DNA of 64,000 nucleotides from Promethearchaeota archaeon (GCA_019058445.1 JAHPZA010000003.1:250810-314809); one strand, 5' to 3'. Shown: positions 37,940 through 48,643, numbered from the stretch's first letter. The notes: generated from the sequence alone by a model not told the origin. Program-made: numbers and translations.

Positions 37940-38572
37940 ATGGTCGATGTAAGAGGAAGCTCAAGTTTCGCATTTTCAACAACTTTTAATACAATAGAAG
38001 ACATTTCTGATGAATATAAAAATAAGATGAGTGAAAGACTCGATGAAATAATAAAAGCAATAGAAAATCCTAATGAAATTATGGACGAAGCTGTACTTCA
38101 ATGTTTTCAATTATTTGAAATACCCAAAAAAGATTTTAAGAAATTTAGTAGCGAAGATGGTGAAATCGAGTACAGGAACAAATCAAGAATTCTTAATATC
38201 TCTTATAAAAAAGTCAACCAGAATAAAAATTCTAAAGTTATTTCAGAAAAGCTCAAGAATGTAAACAAAATTCACGCTTACGAAGTTGATTGGGTAATAT
38301 TTAATGTAAATTGGGATCAATGGAGTGAAAGGATACGAAAAATCCATGAGTTCATTGTAAATAAAGGGTTTAAAGCACGAATACCTGGGCTTGGAGGGTT
38401 ATTAGCAGACTTTATTAACAAAAAAATAAAGGAGACTGGAGATAAATGGATTGTCAAAGACATTAATAGCGAGTTTAATGAAATTTTTTACTCTTTATTA
38501 AAATCTAATCCCGCAATAGAATACATTAAATATGGAAATAAAAAGCTAATAAAATCCAGCGATTTGAGTTAG
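37940..38572 (+). CDS. Hypothetical protein
   Basis: 210-aa ORF filling the gap between two recognisable genes. Confidence 0.65.
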   Translation: MVDVRGSSSFAFSTTFNTIEDISDEYKNKMSERLDEIIKAIENPNEIMDEAVLQCFQLFEIPKKDFKKFSSEDGEIEYRNKSRILNISYKKVNQNKNSKVISEKLKNVNKIHAYEVDWVIFNVNWDQWSERIRKIHEFIVNKGFKARIPGLGGLLADFINKKIKETGDKWIVKDINSEFNEIFYSLLKSNPAIEYIKYGNKKLIKSSDLS

Positions 38573-38577
38573 AAATG

Positions 38578-39555
38578 TCAAATCGAATTGTGTTTCCAAG
38601 TATCCTTAAATACACGCATCAAGTTTTTATGGGATATTTTTTCAATATCTTGAACGCTGTACCCTTCTTCAAAAAGGTAATTCCATAGATCAGGATACTT
38701 CGAACAATCTTTAAGGCAATTTGGGGTGTTTGCTCCATCAAAATCAGAACCTATAGCGACAGTATTAATATCTGCAATCTTTGCAATATGATCTATTTGA
38801 GTCTTAATTGCATCAAAACCCATTTCGTAATTATCTTCCCCTGGCTTTTCAGCATTTAAAAATCCCATACTAAAATTAATCCCAATTGTGCCTTTTTTTT
38901 CATAAATTGCTTTAATTTGATCGTCGGTTAAATTTCTTGGATGATCCACAATGGAACGGGCATTGGAATGGGAAGCAAAGATCGGTTGTTGGGCAACTTC
39001 ATAAACATCCCAAAAAGAAGGTTCATTTAAATGGGATACATCAATCGTAATTCCTAAAGATTGTGCTTCAGCAACTAATTCTCGACCTTTATTTGTTAAT
39101 CCAGTCTCCTTTTGAGGGTCCTTGAACATCGCACCTGTGGCAAACTTGTTTATATTTGCCCAACTTAATCCTAGAGTTCTCAATCCTAATTGATATGCAA
39201 TTCTTAAAAATCTGAGATTATTATCTATACCACCTGCGCCTTCGAAGTGAAGAATAGCTCCTTTTTTTTCTAAAGATAAAGCTTTTTGAAAATCATTAAG
39301 ATTTTTGATCTGCATTAACCCATTTTCACGATTCATCACAAGCTTAAACCAAATATCTAAAGACTTCAGGATATAATTCAGGGAAGATGTTGGATAAATC
39401 GCGAATAATGCCGCTTGTACATTTCCGGTTTTCATTCGGGAAAGATCATAATGACCAATTTCAGATTGTTCCGAGAAAATACGCTTATCTTTTGGCATTT
39501 TATATACGGTATCTACATGTCCATCAATTACTGGAAAGTTACGTTTAGCTATCAT
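38578..39555 (-). CDS. Membrane dipeptidase family (peptidase M19)
   Basis: DGHVD, HFEG, DVSH, ASHSNAR..HPRNLTD, IGSDFDG. Confidence 0.92.
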   Translation of the reverse strand: MIAKRNFPVIDGHVDTVYKMPKDKRIFSEQSEIGHYDLSRMKTGNVQAALFAIYPTSSLNYILKSLDIWFKLVMNRENGLMQIKNLNDFQKALSLEKKGAILHFEGAGGIDNNLRFLRIAYQLGLRTLGLSWANINKFATGAMFKDPQKETGLTNKGRELVAEAQSLGITIDVSHLNEPSFWDVYEVAQQPIFASHSNARSIVDHPRNLTDDQIKAIYEKKGTIGINFSMGFLNAEKPGEDNYEMGFDAIKTQIDHIAKIADINTVAIGSDFDGANTPNCLKDCSKYPDLWNYLFEEGYSVQDIEKISHKNLMRVFKDTWKHNSI

Positions 39556-39675
39556 CGTTATAAAATTCTGACCTTTATTGTAATAATAAGAATTGATTAA
39601 AGATAATTATATAAATAAATTCATCCAATATTTAAAAAATATTAAAGATTTTAATCATAATTCTTAGGGATTTTA

Positions 39676-41076
39676 ATGGAAAATAATAAAATTGAAATTT
39701 CTCATAGTAAAGCTAATATGGCGAGCTATGCGGTTGGTACATTTATTAATGAATTTATTATGATGGCCTTTTTTGCTTTCACTTTCTTTTTTTATGAGAG
39801 CGAGATTGGGTTAGATGTATGGCTGGTCGCGGCAGGTTACATTATATTTGCTATATGGAATGCGATAAATGACCCTATAGTAGGGTATTTAACTGATAAA
39901 CCATTTAGGTTCACAAAAAAATGGGGTCGGAGGTTTCCTTGGTTAATGTTAGGAGGATTTCCATGGGTTTTAAGTTATATACTTATTTTTATGCCTCCCG
40001 CTGTTGATCCAAATACTCAACAAGGAGCCTTGATTCTTCTAGTTTGGTTTATTATGTCTATGTGTTTATTTGATACATTTGCCTCTGTCTTTTGGGTTAA
40101 TTATGCAAGTCTATTTCCAGACAAATTTAGATCAACTGAAGAACGTCGAACGGCAAATGGATTATCGATTTTTATTGGCGTCTTTGGAACTGTAGCTGGT
40201 GCGATTGTCCCTCCATTATTTTTCACTTTTGGAGTATTATCATCGTATATAATTCAAGCAGGAGTAGTAGTTTTGATAGGCATTATTGCTATGGTATTGT
40301 TGATTCCTGGTGGTCGAGAAGAAGAGATTCTAATTGATCAATTTCTTGTAGCATATGAAGAAAAGATGGAGAGAGCTTCGTTTTTTAAAACTTTAAAAGG
40401 GGCTATGAAACATAGAAATTTTGTTGTTGTAATTATCGTCCTTTTTCTTTATCAAGTCATGATTAGGTCAATGACAGCTTCGATGCCTTTTATTGTAAGA
40501 TTTATTTTAAGTATGGATGCAAGTGTAATAACGGTAATAATGGGACTATTTATGATCTCAGTGCTTATCTGGACACCGATTTGGGTTAAAATTGCCCAGA
40601 AGAAAAATGATAATCGTAAGATAACTTTAATTACTGGAATACTATTAACTATTTTCACAATACCCTTAATATTTGTCAATACATTTTTAGGTTATATTTT
40701 AGCGATGATTTTATGGGGGACTGTGCTAGGCGGATTTTGGGTAACACAACTGTGGATTTTAAGTGATACTATTGATGAAACTGTTTGTAAAACAGAGAAA
40801 CGAGAAGAAGGAATTTATAATGGAATTAATCAATTTTTTAGTCGTATCGCTCTTGTAGTCCAAGCGCTTAGCTTCGCAATTGTGCATGAATTAACAGGGT
40901 TCGTTGAAGGTGCTGACACACAATCAGCTCAAGCAATAATAGGAATACATATTCATTTCGCTGTGGTCCCCTTCTTTGCTATGGTAATGGCTATGCTAAT
41001 CTTTTGGAAATGGTATGATCTTACTCCCGAAAGAGTAAAAGAAAATCAACAAAGGATGAAAGAGCTGTGTCTCTGA
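39676..41076 (+). CDS. GPH/MelB-like MFS transporter, paralogue 1
   Basis: WNAINDP..GYLTD..WGRRFPW; DTIDE..KREEGIY. Confidence 0.92.
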   Translation: MENNKIEISHSKANMASYAVGTFINEFIMMAFFAFTFFFYESEIGLDVWLVAAGYIIFAIWNAINDPIVGYLTDKPFRFTKKWGRRFPWLMLGGFPWVLSYILIFMPPAVDPNTQQGALILLVWFIMSMCLFDTFASVFWVNYASLFPDKFRSTEERRTANGLSIFIGVFGTVAGAIVPPLFFTFGVLSSYIIQAGVVVLIGIIAMVLLIPGGREEEILIDQFLVAYEEKMERASFFKTLKGAMKHRNFVVVIIVLFLYQVMIRSMTASMPFIVRFILSMDASVITVIMGLFMISVLIWTPIWVKIAQKKNDNRKITLITGILLTIFTIPLIFVNTFLGYILAMILWGTVLGGFWVTQLWILSDTIDETVCKTEKREEGIYNGINQFFSRIALVVQALSFAIVHELTGFVEGADTQSAQAIIGIHIHFAVVPFFAMVMAMLIFWKWYDLTPERVKENQQRMKELCL

Positions 41077-41104
41077 ATAATAAAAATTAAAGAATATAGA
41101 ATAA

Positions 41105-41171
41105 TTTATGAATTCTTACTCCAGAAAAAGCACAAGCGAATCAATTAAAGATAAAAGAGATGTGTATCTAA
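41105..41171 (+). pseudogene. Orphan 3' end of another GPH transporter paralogue
   Basis: 41115..41171 reads LTPEKAQANQLKIKEMCI*, matching the LTPERVKENQQRMKELCL* end of paralogue 1. Confidence 0.75.
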
Positions 41172-41254
41172 TTTTTTTTTAATTTTATTTTCATAATTGT
41201 TCTTCAAAAAGGATCCATATAGGATGAAATTTTGGACAAAACTATATATATTTC

Positions 41255-41272
41255 TTTAACTAATTAGTTAAA
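41255..41272. promoter_or_regulatory. Perfect 18-bp palindrome directly downstream of a TATA box (candidate operator)
   Basis: TTTAACTAATTAGTTAAA after CTATATATA, upstream of paralogue 2. Confidence 0.5.
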
Positions 41273-41317
41273 AATAAATTAGTTTTCGTTAAAATAATAA
41301 TCCTATAGGTTTTAAAT

Positions 41318-42709
41318 ATGGAGAATGAAGTAATTAAAATCCATCACTCAAGAAGAAGCATAGCTTCATATAGTTTTGCTGGATTTATCTGGGAATTTCT
41401 AGTCATGGCTTTTAGTGCTTATAGCTATTTCTATTATGAGACAGAGGTTGGATTAAATAGCTTACTTTGTGGTTTGGCATTTATCATTTATGCCATATGG
41501 AATGCAGTGAATGATCCCCTTATGGGTTATCTAACTGATCGCCCATTTAAATTTACGAAGAAATGGGGCCGACGTTTTCCTTGGTTGCTTATCGGGGGTT
41601 TCCCATGGATCATTAGCTATATCCTTATTTTTACTCCACCTGACGTGAACCCACAAGATGGCGCGTGGATTATATTTGCATGGTTTACAATTACCATTTG
41701 TTTATATGATACTTTTGCAACCTTATTTATGGTCAATTATGATGCTCTTTTTCCTGACAAATTCCGTTCAGATGAAGAACGTAGGATGGTCACTGGAACG
41801 CGTGTACCCATAGCTGTTTTTGGAACTGTTTTAGGAGCAGTCTTACCACCACTTTTTATAGAATTTGGAAATGAACAATCATATTTATTACAAGCTGGGT
41901 TTGTATTTTTGATATGTCTTATTGCTCTTTTTATTTCACTTCCTGGCACCCGCGAGGATCAGGTAAGAATTGATTCTTATCTTGAAAGTTGTGAAGAAAT
42001 TGAGAAAACCTCCTTTTTTAAAGAATTCAGGAGGGCTCTTAAACAAAAAGCCTTTGTAGCATACATTTTTCTTTACTTTTGCTATATGGTCCTGGTAAGA
42101 TCTATGACATCCTCAATCGCCTATTCAGTAAGATATATTTTAAAAATGGAAGCAAATGCAATCTCTTTAATCATGTTAGCTTTTCTCGTAGGTGTATTAA
42201 TTTCAATTCCAATATGGTATAAACTGGCAAATAGGATAAATAACAACCGTAAAGTAATGATAATATCAGGAACCCTTGTTGGACTTTTTGTATCACCCTT
42301 AATTATATTAGAAGATTATACTCTTATTATTATTACTTTGTTCATATGGGGTTTAGCTGAGGGAGGCTTTTGGCTCATGTTATCACCAGTTTTTGCAGAT
42401 ACTATCGATGAATCAGTAGTAGAAACGGGTGAACGTAGAGAAGGATTATATAATGGATTTTTAGCTTTTTTTGCTCGACTGGCTATAGCAGCTCAAGCAA
42501 TCAGTTTTGCTGTAACACATACATTAACGGGATTCGTAGAAGGTGCCGATACCCAATCTGATTTGGCAGTATGGGGAATTCACATTCACCTTGCTTTGAT
42601 CCCTATGATTTTCATGTTAATAGGGATATTTATCTTTTGGAAATTTTATGATCTCACCCCTAAACGTGTTCAAGAAGTCCAGCTTAAACTAAAGCAATTA
42701 AAACTCTAA
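41318..42709 (+). CDS. GPH/MelB-like MFS transporter, paralogue 2
   Basis: WNAVNDP..WGRRFPW; DTIDE..ERREGLY. Confidence 0.92.
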   Translation: MENEVIKIHHSRRSIASYSFAGFIWEFLVMAFSAYSYFYYETEVGLNSLLCGLAFIIYAIWNAVNDPLMGYLTDRPFKFTKKWGRRFPWLLIGGFPWIISYILIFTPPDVNPQDGAWIIFAWFTITICLYDTFATLFMVNYDALFPDKFRSDEERRMVTGTRVPIAVFGTVLGAVLPPLFIEFGNEQSYLLQAGFVFLICLIALFISLPGTREDQVRIDSYLESCEEIEKTSFFKEFRRALKQKAFVAYIFLYFCYMVLVRSMTSSIAYSVRYILKMEANAISLIMLAFLVGVLISIPIWYKLANRINNNRKVMIISGTLVGLFVSPLIILEDYTLIIITLFIWGLAEGGFWLMLSPVFADTIDESVVETGERREGLYNGFLAFFARLAIAAQAISFAVTHTLTGFVEGADTQSDLAVWGIHIHLALIPMIFMLIGIFIFWKFYDLTPKRVQEVQLKLKQLKL

Positions 42710-42753
42710 ATTAATTAATTTTACATTTTTTTCAGATAACGTTTAGTAAAGCA

Positions 42754-42790
42754 AAATATATAAATTGATTCAACAAATATTGAAAAAACG
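42754..42790 (+). promoter_or_regulatory. TATA box plus AACAAATATTGAAA element shared with the paralogue 4 promoter
   Basis: aaaatatataaattgattcaacaaatattgaaa versus aaaatatataaatgcttttaacaaatattgaaa at about 44278-44310. Confidence 0.6.
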
Positions 42791-42826
42791 TAATCTATAA
42801 TATATAAAACAAATTTGGTAATGTTT

Positions 42827-44221
42827 ATGGAAAATAAAGACACAGAAATATTACATTCGAAAAAAGAAATGGCTTCATACGGTTTCGGGAAGATAATCAT
42901 GGAACTTTTAAATATGGCATTTGGAGCATATGTGTTTTTCTATTATGAAAGTGAATTGGGATTAGATGTGTGGTTAATAGCTTTAGGTATCATCATATAT
43001 GCAATTTGGAATTCCATCAATGATCCCTTTATCGGTTATTTAGTAGATCGCCCCTTTAAGTTCACGAAAAAATGGGGTAGACGATTTCCATGGGTATTAA
43101 TTGGAGGAGTGCCATGGATCTTTTTTTACTTACTTCTTTTCATACCACCGGACGTTAATCCTCAAGAAGGAGCTTGGATCCTCTTTGCTTGGCTTGTAAT
43201 CATAGCGTGTTTATATGATTTATTTGGATCACTTTATCTTGTAAATTTTACTTCGATTTTTCCCGATAAATTCCGTACAGAAAGTGAAAGAAGAGATGCA
43301 GGTGGAATTGGCACCCTGGTTGGGACTTTTGGCGTAGTTTTGGGGGCTATTGTACCTCCAATGTTCATAATTTTTGGGAATAGAACATCATATGCATTGC
43401 AAGGAGTAGTAATTATTATTATATGTTTAATAGCTTTAGGATTAACTATTCCAGGGATACGGGAAGATCAATATCGAATTGATTGCTATTTAGAGGTGTG
43501 CGAAGAGGGTTTTGAAAAAGAATCGTTTTTTAAGACACTTAAATACTGTATAAAACAAAAGAATTTCTTGGCCTATATTATCGCATTTGTGTTTTATTCA
43601 ACTATGACGACAATGATGATAGCATCCATTCCATTTCTCGTACGATTCGTATTTAAGATGGAAGCGGGAGCGGTGACTTTAATAATGGTAGGTTTTCTCC
43701 TTGGATCATTTTGTTCCATTCCTTTATGGATTAAAATTGCTCATAAAACAAATGATGACCGGAAAACAATCATTATAACCGCGTTTTTTATGGCATTCGC
43801 TTTAATACCGATGATCTTTCTTAGAGACTATTATTTGTTCATTATTTCAGTTGCGATATGGGGTATAGGGCTAGGAGGTTTTTGGGCCATGCAAAATCCA
43901 GTTTTATCTAATGCGATTGATGAAAATGTAATTAATACCGGTAAAAGAGAAGAAGGGATATATGGTGGTATTCAAACCTTATTTTCACGTTTGGCAATTG
44001 CTATCCAAGCGATTTGTTTTGCAATTGTGCATACCCTCACTGGGTTTGTAGAAGGAGCTAACACACAATCTGAATTAGCAGTATGGGGTATAATTATTCA
44101 TATGGCTTTGCTTCCAATGATTTTCATGTTCATAGGATCTTTCATACTTTTAAAATTCTATAATTTAACACCTGAAAAAGTAGCAATTAATAAAACTAAA
44201 TTAGCTGAAATGGGACTATAA
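42827..44221 (+). CDS. GPH/MelB-like MFS transporter, paralogue 3
   Basis: WNSINDP..WGRRFPW. Start set at MENKD by comparison with the paralogues (ORF track 42815). Confidence 0.9.
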   Translation: MENKDTEILHSKKEMASYGFGKIIMELLNMAFGAYVFFYYESELGLDVWLIALGIIIYAIWNSINDPFIGYLVDRPFKFTKKWGRRFPWVLIGGVPWIFFYLLLFIPPDVNPQEGAWILFAWLVIIACLYDLFGSLYLVNFTSIFPDKFRTESERRDAGGIGTLVGTFGVVLGAIVPPMFIIFGNRTSYALQGVVIIIICLIALGLTIPGIREDQYRIDCYLEVCEEGFEKESFFKTLKYCIKQKNFLAYIIAFVFYSTMTTMMIASIPFLVRFVFKMEAGAVTLIMVGFLLGSFCSIPLWIKIAHKTNDDRKTIIITAFFMAFALIPMIFLRDYYLFIISVAIWGIGLGGFWAMQNPVLSNAIDENVINTGKREEGIYGGIQTLFSRLAIAIQAICFAIVHTLTGFVEGANTQSELAVWGIIIHMALLPMIFMFIGSFILLKFYNLTPEKVAINKTKLAEMGL

Positions 44222-44351
44222 AGTGATTTTTAGCTCCATTAATTTTCTATTCTTTTTTTCATTATTTTTTTTTAAAAAAAATATATAAATGCTTTTAACA
44301 AATATTGAAAGAACATACTTTATTAAATTCAAAACCAATTTGGGAATGTTT

Positions 44352-45746
44352 ATGGAAAATAAAGACATGGAAATATTACATTCTAAAAAAGAAATGGCTT
44401 CATATGGGTTCGGTAAGTTTGTAAATGAATTTCTGAATATGGCATTCGGTGCTTTGGTCTTTTTCTATTACGAAACTGAACTGGGTCTTGATGTCTGGTT
44501 AACAGCATTTGGTTATATTATATTTGCTCTCTGGAATGCTTTTAATGATCCAATACTAGGCTATTTAACAGATCGCCCTTTTAAATTTACGAAGAAATGG
44601 GGAAGACGCTTTCCATGGGTTTTTATCGGAGGAGTGCCTTGGATACTTAGCTATATCTTACTTTTTACACCCCCTGATGTTGATCCTAAACAAGGTGCTT
44701 GGATCTTGTTCGCATGGCTCGTATTTTCAACTTGTTTATACGATACCTTTGCTTCTCTGTTTAATGTCTCTTTCTACGGGCTTTTTCCCGATAAATTTCG
44801 TGAAGATAAAGAACGTAGAACTGCTGCTGGAATAAGTACTTTAGTAGGGACTTTTGGCGTAGCTTTAGGGGGAATTTTACCACCGCTGTTTATCGTATTT
44901 GGAGACAGATCCTCATATGCGTTGCAATCGGGGATTGTTGTTATTACTTGTATAATAGCATTGGCATTAACAATTCCAGGGTGTAGGGAAGATCAATATC
45001 GAATTGATTGCTACTTAGAGAAGTGTGAAGAAGGATTTGACAAGGTGCCGTTTTTTAGTAACGTAAAATCATGCTTGAAACAAAAGAATTTCCTCGCGTA
45101 TCTCAGTCAATGGATCTTTTATCGAGCATTGGTTGTTATGATAATTGGCTCAATACCCTATCTCGTACGATTCGTATTAAAAATGGAAGCAAGCGCTGTG
45201 ACTTTAATAATGATTGGATTCCTTTTAGGCTCATTTTGTTCTATTCCAATATGGACTACAATTGCTCATAAAACCGACAATGATCGCAAAACATTCATTC
45301 TAGCAGCATTTCTTATGACAGTACTCTTAATTCCATTAATATTCATCGTTGATTATGTCTTAGTCATTATTTTTGTAGCAATCTGGGGATTTAGCCTTGG
45401 AGGGTATTGGCTCATGCAAGATCCTGTATTATCTGAAATTATCGATGAATCTGTCATTTTAACTGGAAGAAGAGAAGAGGGCATCTATAATGGGGTGGTG
45501 AACTTCTTCGGTCGTTTAGCACTTGTTATTCAGGCTGTCTGCTTCGCGATAGTTCATACTTTAACTGGATTTGTAGAAGGCGCTCCCTCACAAACCGCCA
45601 CAGCACAATTGGGAATTCAAATTCATTTCGCCTTACTGCCAATGATTTTTATGTTATTTGCAACCTTAATACTATGGAAATGGTATAACTTAACGCCTGA
45701 AAAAGTTGCTGAGAATAAAACAAAACTAGCTGAAATGGGTTTGTAA
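44352..45746 (+). CDS. GPH/MelB-like MFS transporter, paralogue 4
   Basis: WNAFNDP..WGRRFPW. Start set at MENKD; the ORF-track start 44289 lies in the promoter. Confidence 0.9.
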   Translation: MENKDMEILHSKKEMASYGFGKFVNEFLNMAFGALVFFYYETELGLDVWLTAFGYIIFALWNAFNDPILGYLTDRPFKFTKKWGRRFPWVFIGGVPWILSYILLFTPPDVDPKQGAWILFAWLVFSTCLYDTFASLFNVSFYGLFPDKFREDKERRTAAGISTLVGTFGVALGGILPPLFIVFGDRSSYALQSGIVVITCIIALALTIPGCREDQYRIDCYLEKCEEGFDKVPFFSNVKSCLKQKNFLAYLSQWIFYRALVVMIIGSIPYLVRFVLKMEASAVTLIMIGFLLGSFCSIPIWTTIAHKTDNDRKTFILAAFLMTVLLIPLIFIVDYVLVIIFVAIWGFSLGGYWLMQDPVLSEIIDESVILTGRREEGIYNGVVNFFGRLALVIQAVCFAIVHTLTGFVEGAPSQTATAQLGIQIHFALLPMIFMLFATLILWKWYNLTPEKVAENKTKLAEMGL

Positions 45747-45867
45747 GTTAAATTCAAAATTAAATATCAAATTATTTTTTTCTTTTATCTTTATTTCTGG
45801 ACAATTATTAATAATGCTTATGATTAATTAATTCTATAATAGTTCTCAAAAAAAAATTGTTATAGAG

Positions 45868-47067
45868 ATGAACGATTCAAATATTCTTAATCTAATAGAA
45901 GCGGAACGTATGTATAGCCATGTGTTGGAGATTGAAGGTTCAAGGCATCCTGTTGATGATTTTGAAAAATTAAATGAAGTAGCAGATTATATATCACTGG
46001 AATTTGAAAAGTATGGGTTAAGGGTAAATGAACATAAATTCAATGTTAAGGATTTAGATAACACATTTAGAAATATAGAAGGCAGTATTGGTGATTCGAA
46101 GAGTGCTGAATTTATACTTGGGGCTCATTATGATACAGTTCCTAATTGTCCGGGAGCAAATGACAATGCGTCTGGAGTTGCTGTTATGCTTGAAACTGCT
46201 AGAACTTTATCTCAGGTGGAAAGTTTAAGTAATATTCGATTTATAGGATTCAGTCTTGAAGAACCTAGCGCTGTTTTGCGAAATAAATATAGGGAGATCG
46301 CCCAGAGATATGGGGTGATGGATGATAACGATCACTATACATCTTATAGAACTCTAAAGCTGATAAAAAAGCACTCAGATCAATTAAGTATTGCACGTGG
46401 CTCGATTAAAACATACCCTGAAGCTTATTATGAAGTTACAGAAAATCTCAAGTCAAGTTTGACACAAGAGGAATATGATTTCTTTAATGAAATCGCCAAA
46501 ATTTACGAGGGAATAATGACCAGTTCTTGGGTGGGTAAGACTGCGATAATAGGAAGTAGTAGATGGATTAGAGATGCGTTAAAATCTAATAAAAAAATAT
46601 CAGGAGTAATATCAATAGATTCGGTGGGATATGCTTCTAAGAAAAGATACTCTCAACACTTCCCCAAAGGATTAAAAATGAAGATCTTTAAAACTCATAA
46701 TGTCAAGGAAAAGTATTTCATAGGGGACTTTATCTTTGTAATCAGTAATAGTAATTCCAACGAGCTAGCTGAAGTGTTTTGTTCTCAATGTCAAAAAGAC
46801 TCGATTAACCTTCCCTATGCTTGCTTTGAACCTTCAGTTACATTTGAAAAATTCTGTGTAAATTTGCCCTTTTTACTGGGTTCTGATCACGCGCCATTTT
46901 GGCGAGAGGGAATACCTGCCCTGGAATTAACGGATACTGCGAACCTTAGAGACCCATATGCTCATACATCAGCAGATACCATAAATAATCTTGATTTTGA
47001 TTTCATGAAGAAAGTCGGAAAAGCGGTTTGTATGACAGCAATAAATAGATGTCAAGAAACTTCTTAA
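45868..47067 (+). CDS. M28 family metallopeptidase
   Basis: GAHYDT, PGANDNASG, LEE, SIDSVG, GSDHAPF, HTSADT. Confidence 0.9.
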   Translation: MNDSNILNLIEAERMYSHVLEIEGSRHPVDDFEKLNEVADYISLEFEKYGLRVNEHKFNVKDLDNTFRNIEGSIGDSKSAEFILGAHYDTVPNCPGANDNASGVAVMLETARTLSQVESLSNIRFIGFSLEEPSAVLRNKYREIAQRYGVMDDNDHYTSYRTLKLIKKHSDQLSIARGSIKTYPEAYYEVTENLKSSLTQEEYDFFNEIAKIYEGIMTSSWVGKTAIIGSSRWIRDALKSNKKISGVISIDSVGYASKKRYSQHFPKGLKMKIFKTHNVKEKYFIGDFIFVISNSNSNELAEVFCSQCQKDSINLPYACFEPSVTFEKFCVNLPFLLGSDHAPFWREGIPALELTDTANLRDPYAHTSADTINNLDFDFMKKVGKAVCMTAINRCQETS

Positions 47068-47187
47068 AATCAAATTTCATATACTATATCTTCTATATTT
47101 TTTTAAAGATATCTATATAAATTTGATTAACTAATGTTTAAAATACATATCAAATTTTCATATGTAAATTTATGATGGTAATTAATT

Positions 47188-48579
47188 ATGGAAAAAAATA
47201 GTGAAGAAATTTTACATTCTAAGACAAGTATAGTTTCCTATGGATTCGGAAAATTTGTGTGGGAATTCTTAAACATGGCGTTTGGAGCGTTCGTATATTT
47301 TTATTATGAAAGTGAGTTAGGTTTAGCTTCATGGTTAACTGCTTTTGGATATATTATATTCGCGACTTGGAATGCGGTCAACGATCCTATTCTTGGATAT
47401 CTTATTGATCGTCCCTTTAAATTTACGAAAAAATGGGGGAGACGATTTCCATTTGTGTTTATAGGGGGAGTTCCGTGGATTATTACATATGTGTTGCTTT
47501 TTATACCTCCAGAGGGGGCTGGGATGTGGATTATTTTTGCGTGGCTGGTGATAACCACTTGTTTATACGACACTTTTGCTTCAATTTTCAATGTGAGTTT
47601 CTATGCGATTTTTCCGGATAAATTTCGTGCTATGGACGAGCGTAGGAGCGCAGCTGGAATCAGCACATTAGTTAGTACTTTTGGTGTGGCGTTAGGGGCA
47701 ATTATACCTCCATTATTTATCGTATTTGGTGATAGATCGACATATGCGATGCAATCAGGAGTCGTTCTTATTGTATGTTTGATTGCTTTAGCGTTGGCCA
47801 TTCCTGGAGCCCGAGAAGATCAATTCCGCATTGATTGTTATTTAGAGGCTTGTGAAAAAGGAGAAGAAAAGGCATCCTTCATGAAAACTCTAAGAGTATG
47901 TTTAAAACAGAAAAATTTTGTGGCGTTCATTTTTGCGTATATTTTTTATCGTTCATTAGTGATGATGATTGTTGCTTCTCTCCCATACATGGTAAGATTT
48001 GTATTTCTAATGGAAGCAAGCTCATTGACTCTAATAATGGCAGCGTTTCTCATAGGATCCTTTGTTTCCATCCCTATATGGATTAAATTCGCTCAAAAGA
48101 CTAATGATAACCGGAAAACCTATATGTATGCTGCGTTCCTTATGACGATACTTACTGGAATTCTTTTCTTTGTCCAAGATTATTATTTAGCGGTTCTCGT
48201 GATTTTGTTCTGGGGAATGGGGCTCGGAGGATTTTGGGTTATGATTGATCCCACTCTTAGTGATGTAATTGATGAAGCAGTTATTACTACTGAAAAAAGA
48301 GAGGAAGGAGTTTATATTGGCATTCAGACATTTTTTAGCCGCATGGCAATGATAGTGCAGGCGGTTTGCTTTGCAATTGTCCATATTTTAACAGGATTTG
48401 TTGAAGGTGCAGGACCAGAAGCTCAACCCGAGTCTGCGATATTGGGGATTAGAATGCATTTTGCGTTACTCCCAATGGTTTTTATATTTATAGCAGGTTT
48501 GATCCTATGGAAATTTTATAAATTGACACCTGACCAAGTAGCGATTAATAAAGCAAAATTAGCCGAAATGGGATTATAG
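47188..48579 (+). CDS. GPH/MelB-like MFS transporter, paralogue 5
   Basis: WNAVNDP..WGRRFPF; DVIDE..KREEGVY. Confidence 0.92.
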   Translation: MEKNSEEILHSKTSIVSYGFGKFVWEFLNMAFGAFVYFYYESELGLASWLTAFGYIIFATWNAVNDPILGYLIDRPFKFTKKWGRRFPFVFIGGVPWIITYVLLFIPPEGAGMWIIFAWLVITTCLYDTFASIFNVSFYAIFPDKFRAMDERRSAAGISTLVSTFGVALGAIIPPLFIVFGDRSTYAMQSGVVLIVCLIALALAIPGAREDQFRIDCYLEACEKGEEKASFMKTLRVCLKQKNFVAFIFAYIFYRSLVMMIVASLPYMVRFVFLMEASSLTLIMAAFLIGSFVSIPIWIKFAQKTNDNRKTYMYAAFLMTILTGILFFVQDYYLAVLVILFWGMGLGGFWVMIDPTLSDVIDEAVITTEKREEGVYIGIQTFFSRMAMIVQAVCFAIVHILTGFVEGAGPEAQPESAILGIRMHFALLPMVFIFIAGLILWKFYKLTPDQVAINKAKLAEMGL

Positions 48580-48643
48580 ATATACTATTTATATTTTTTT
48601 TCTTTCTTATTTTTAATATTTTCTATTCTCAATCTACTTATCC

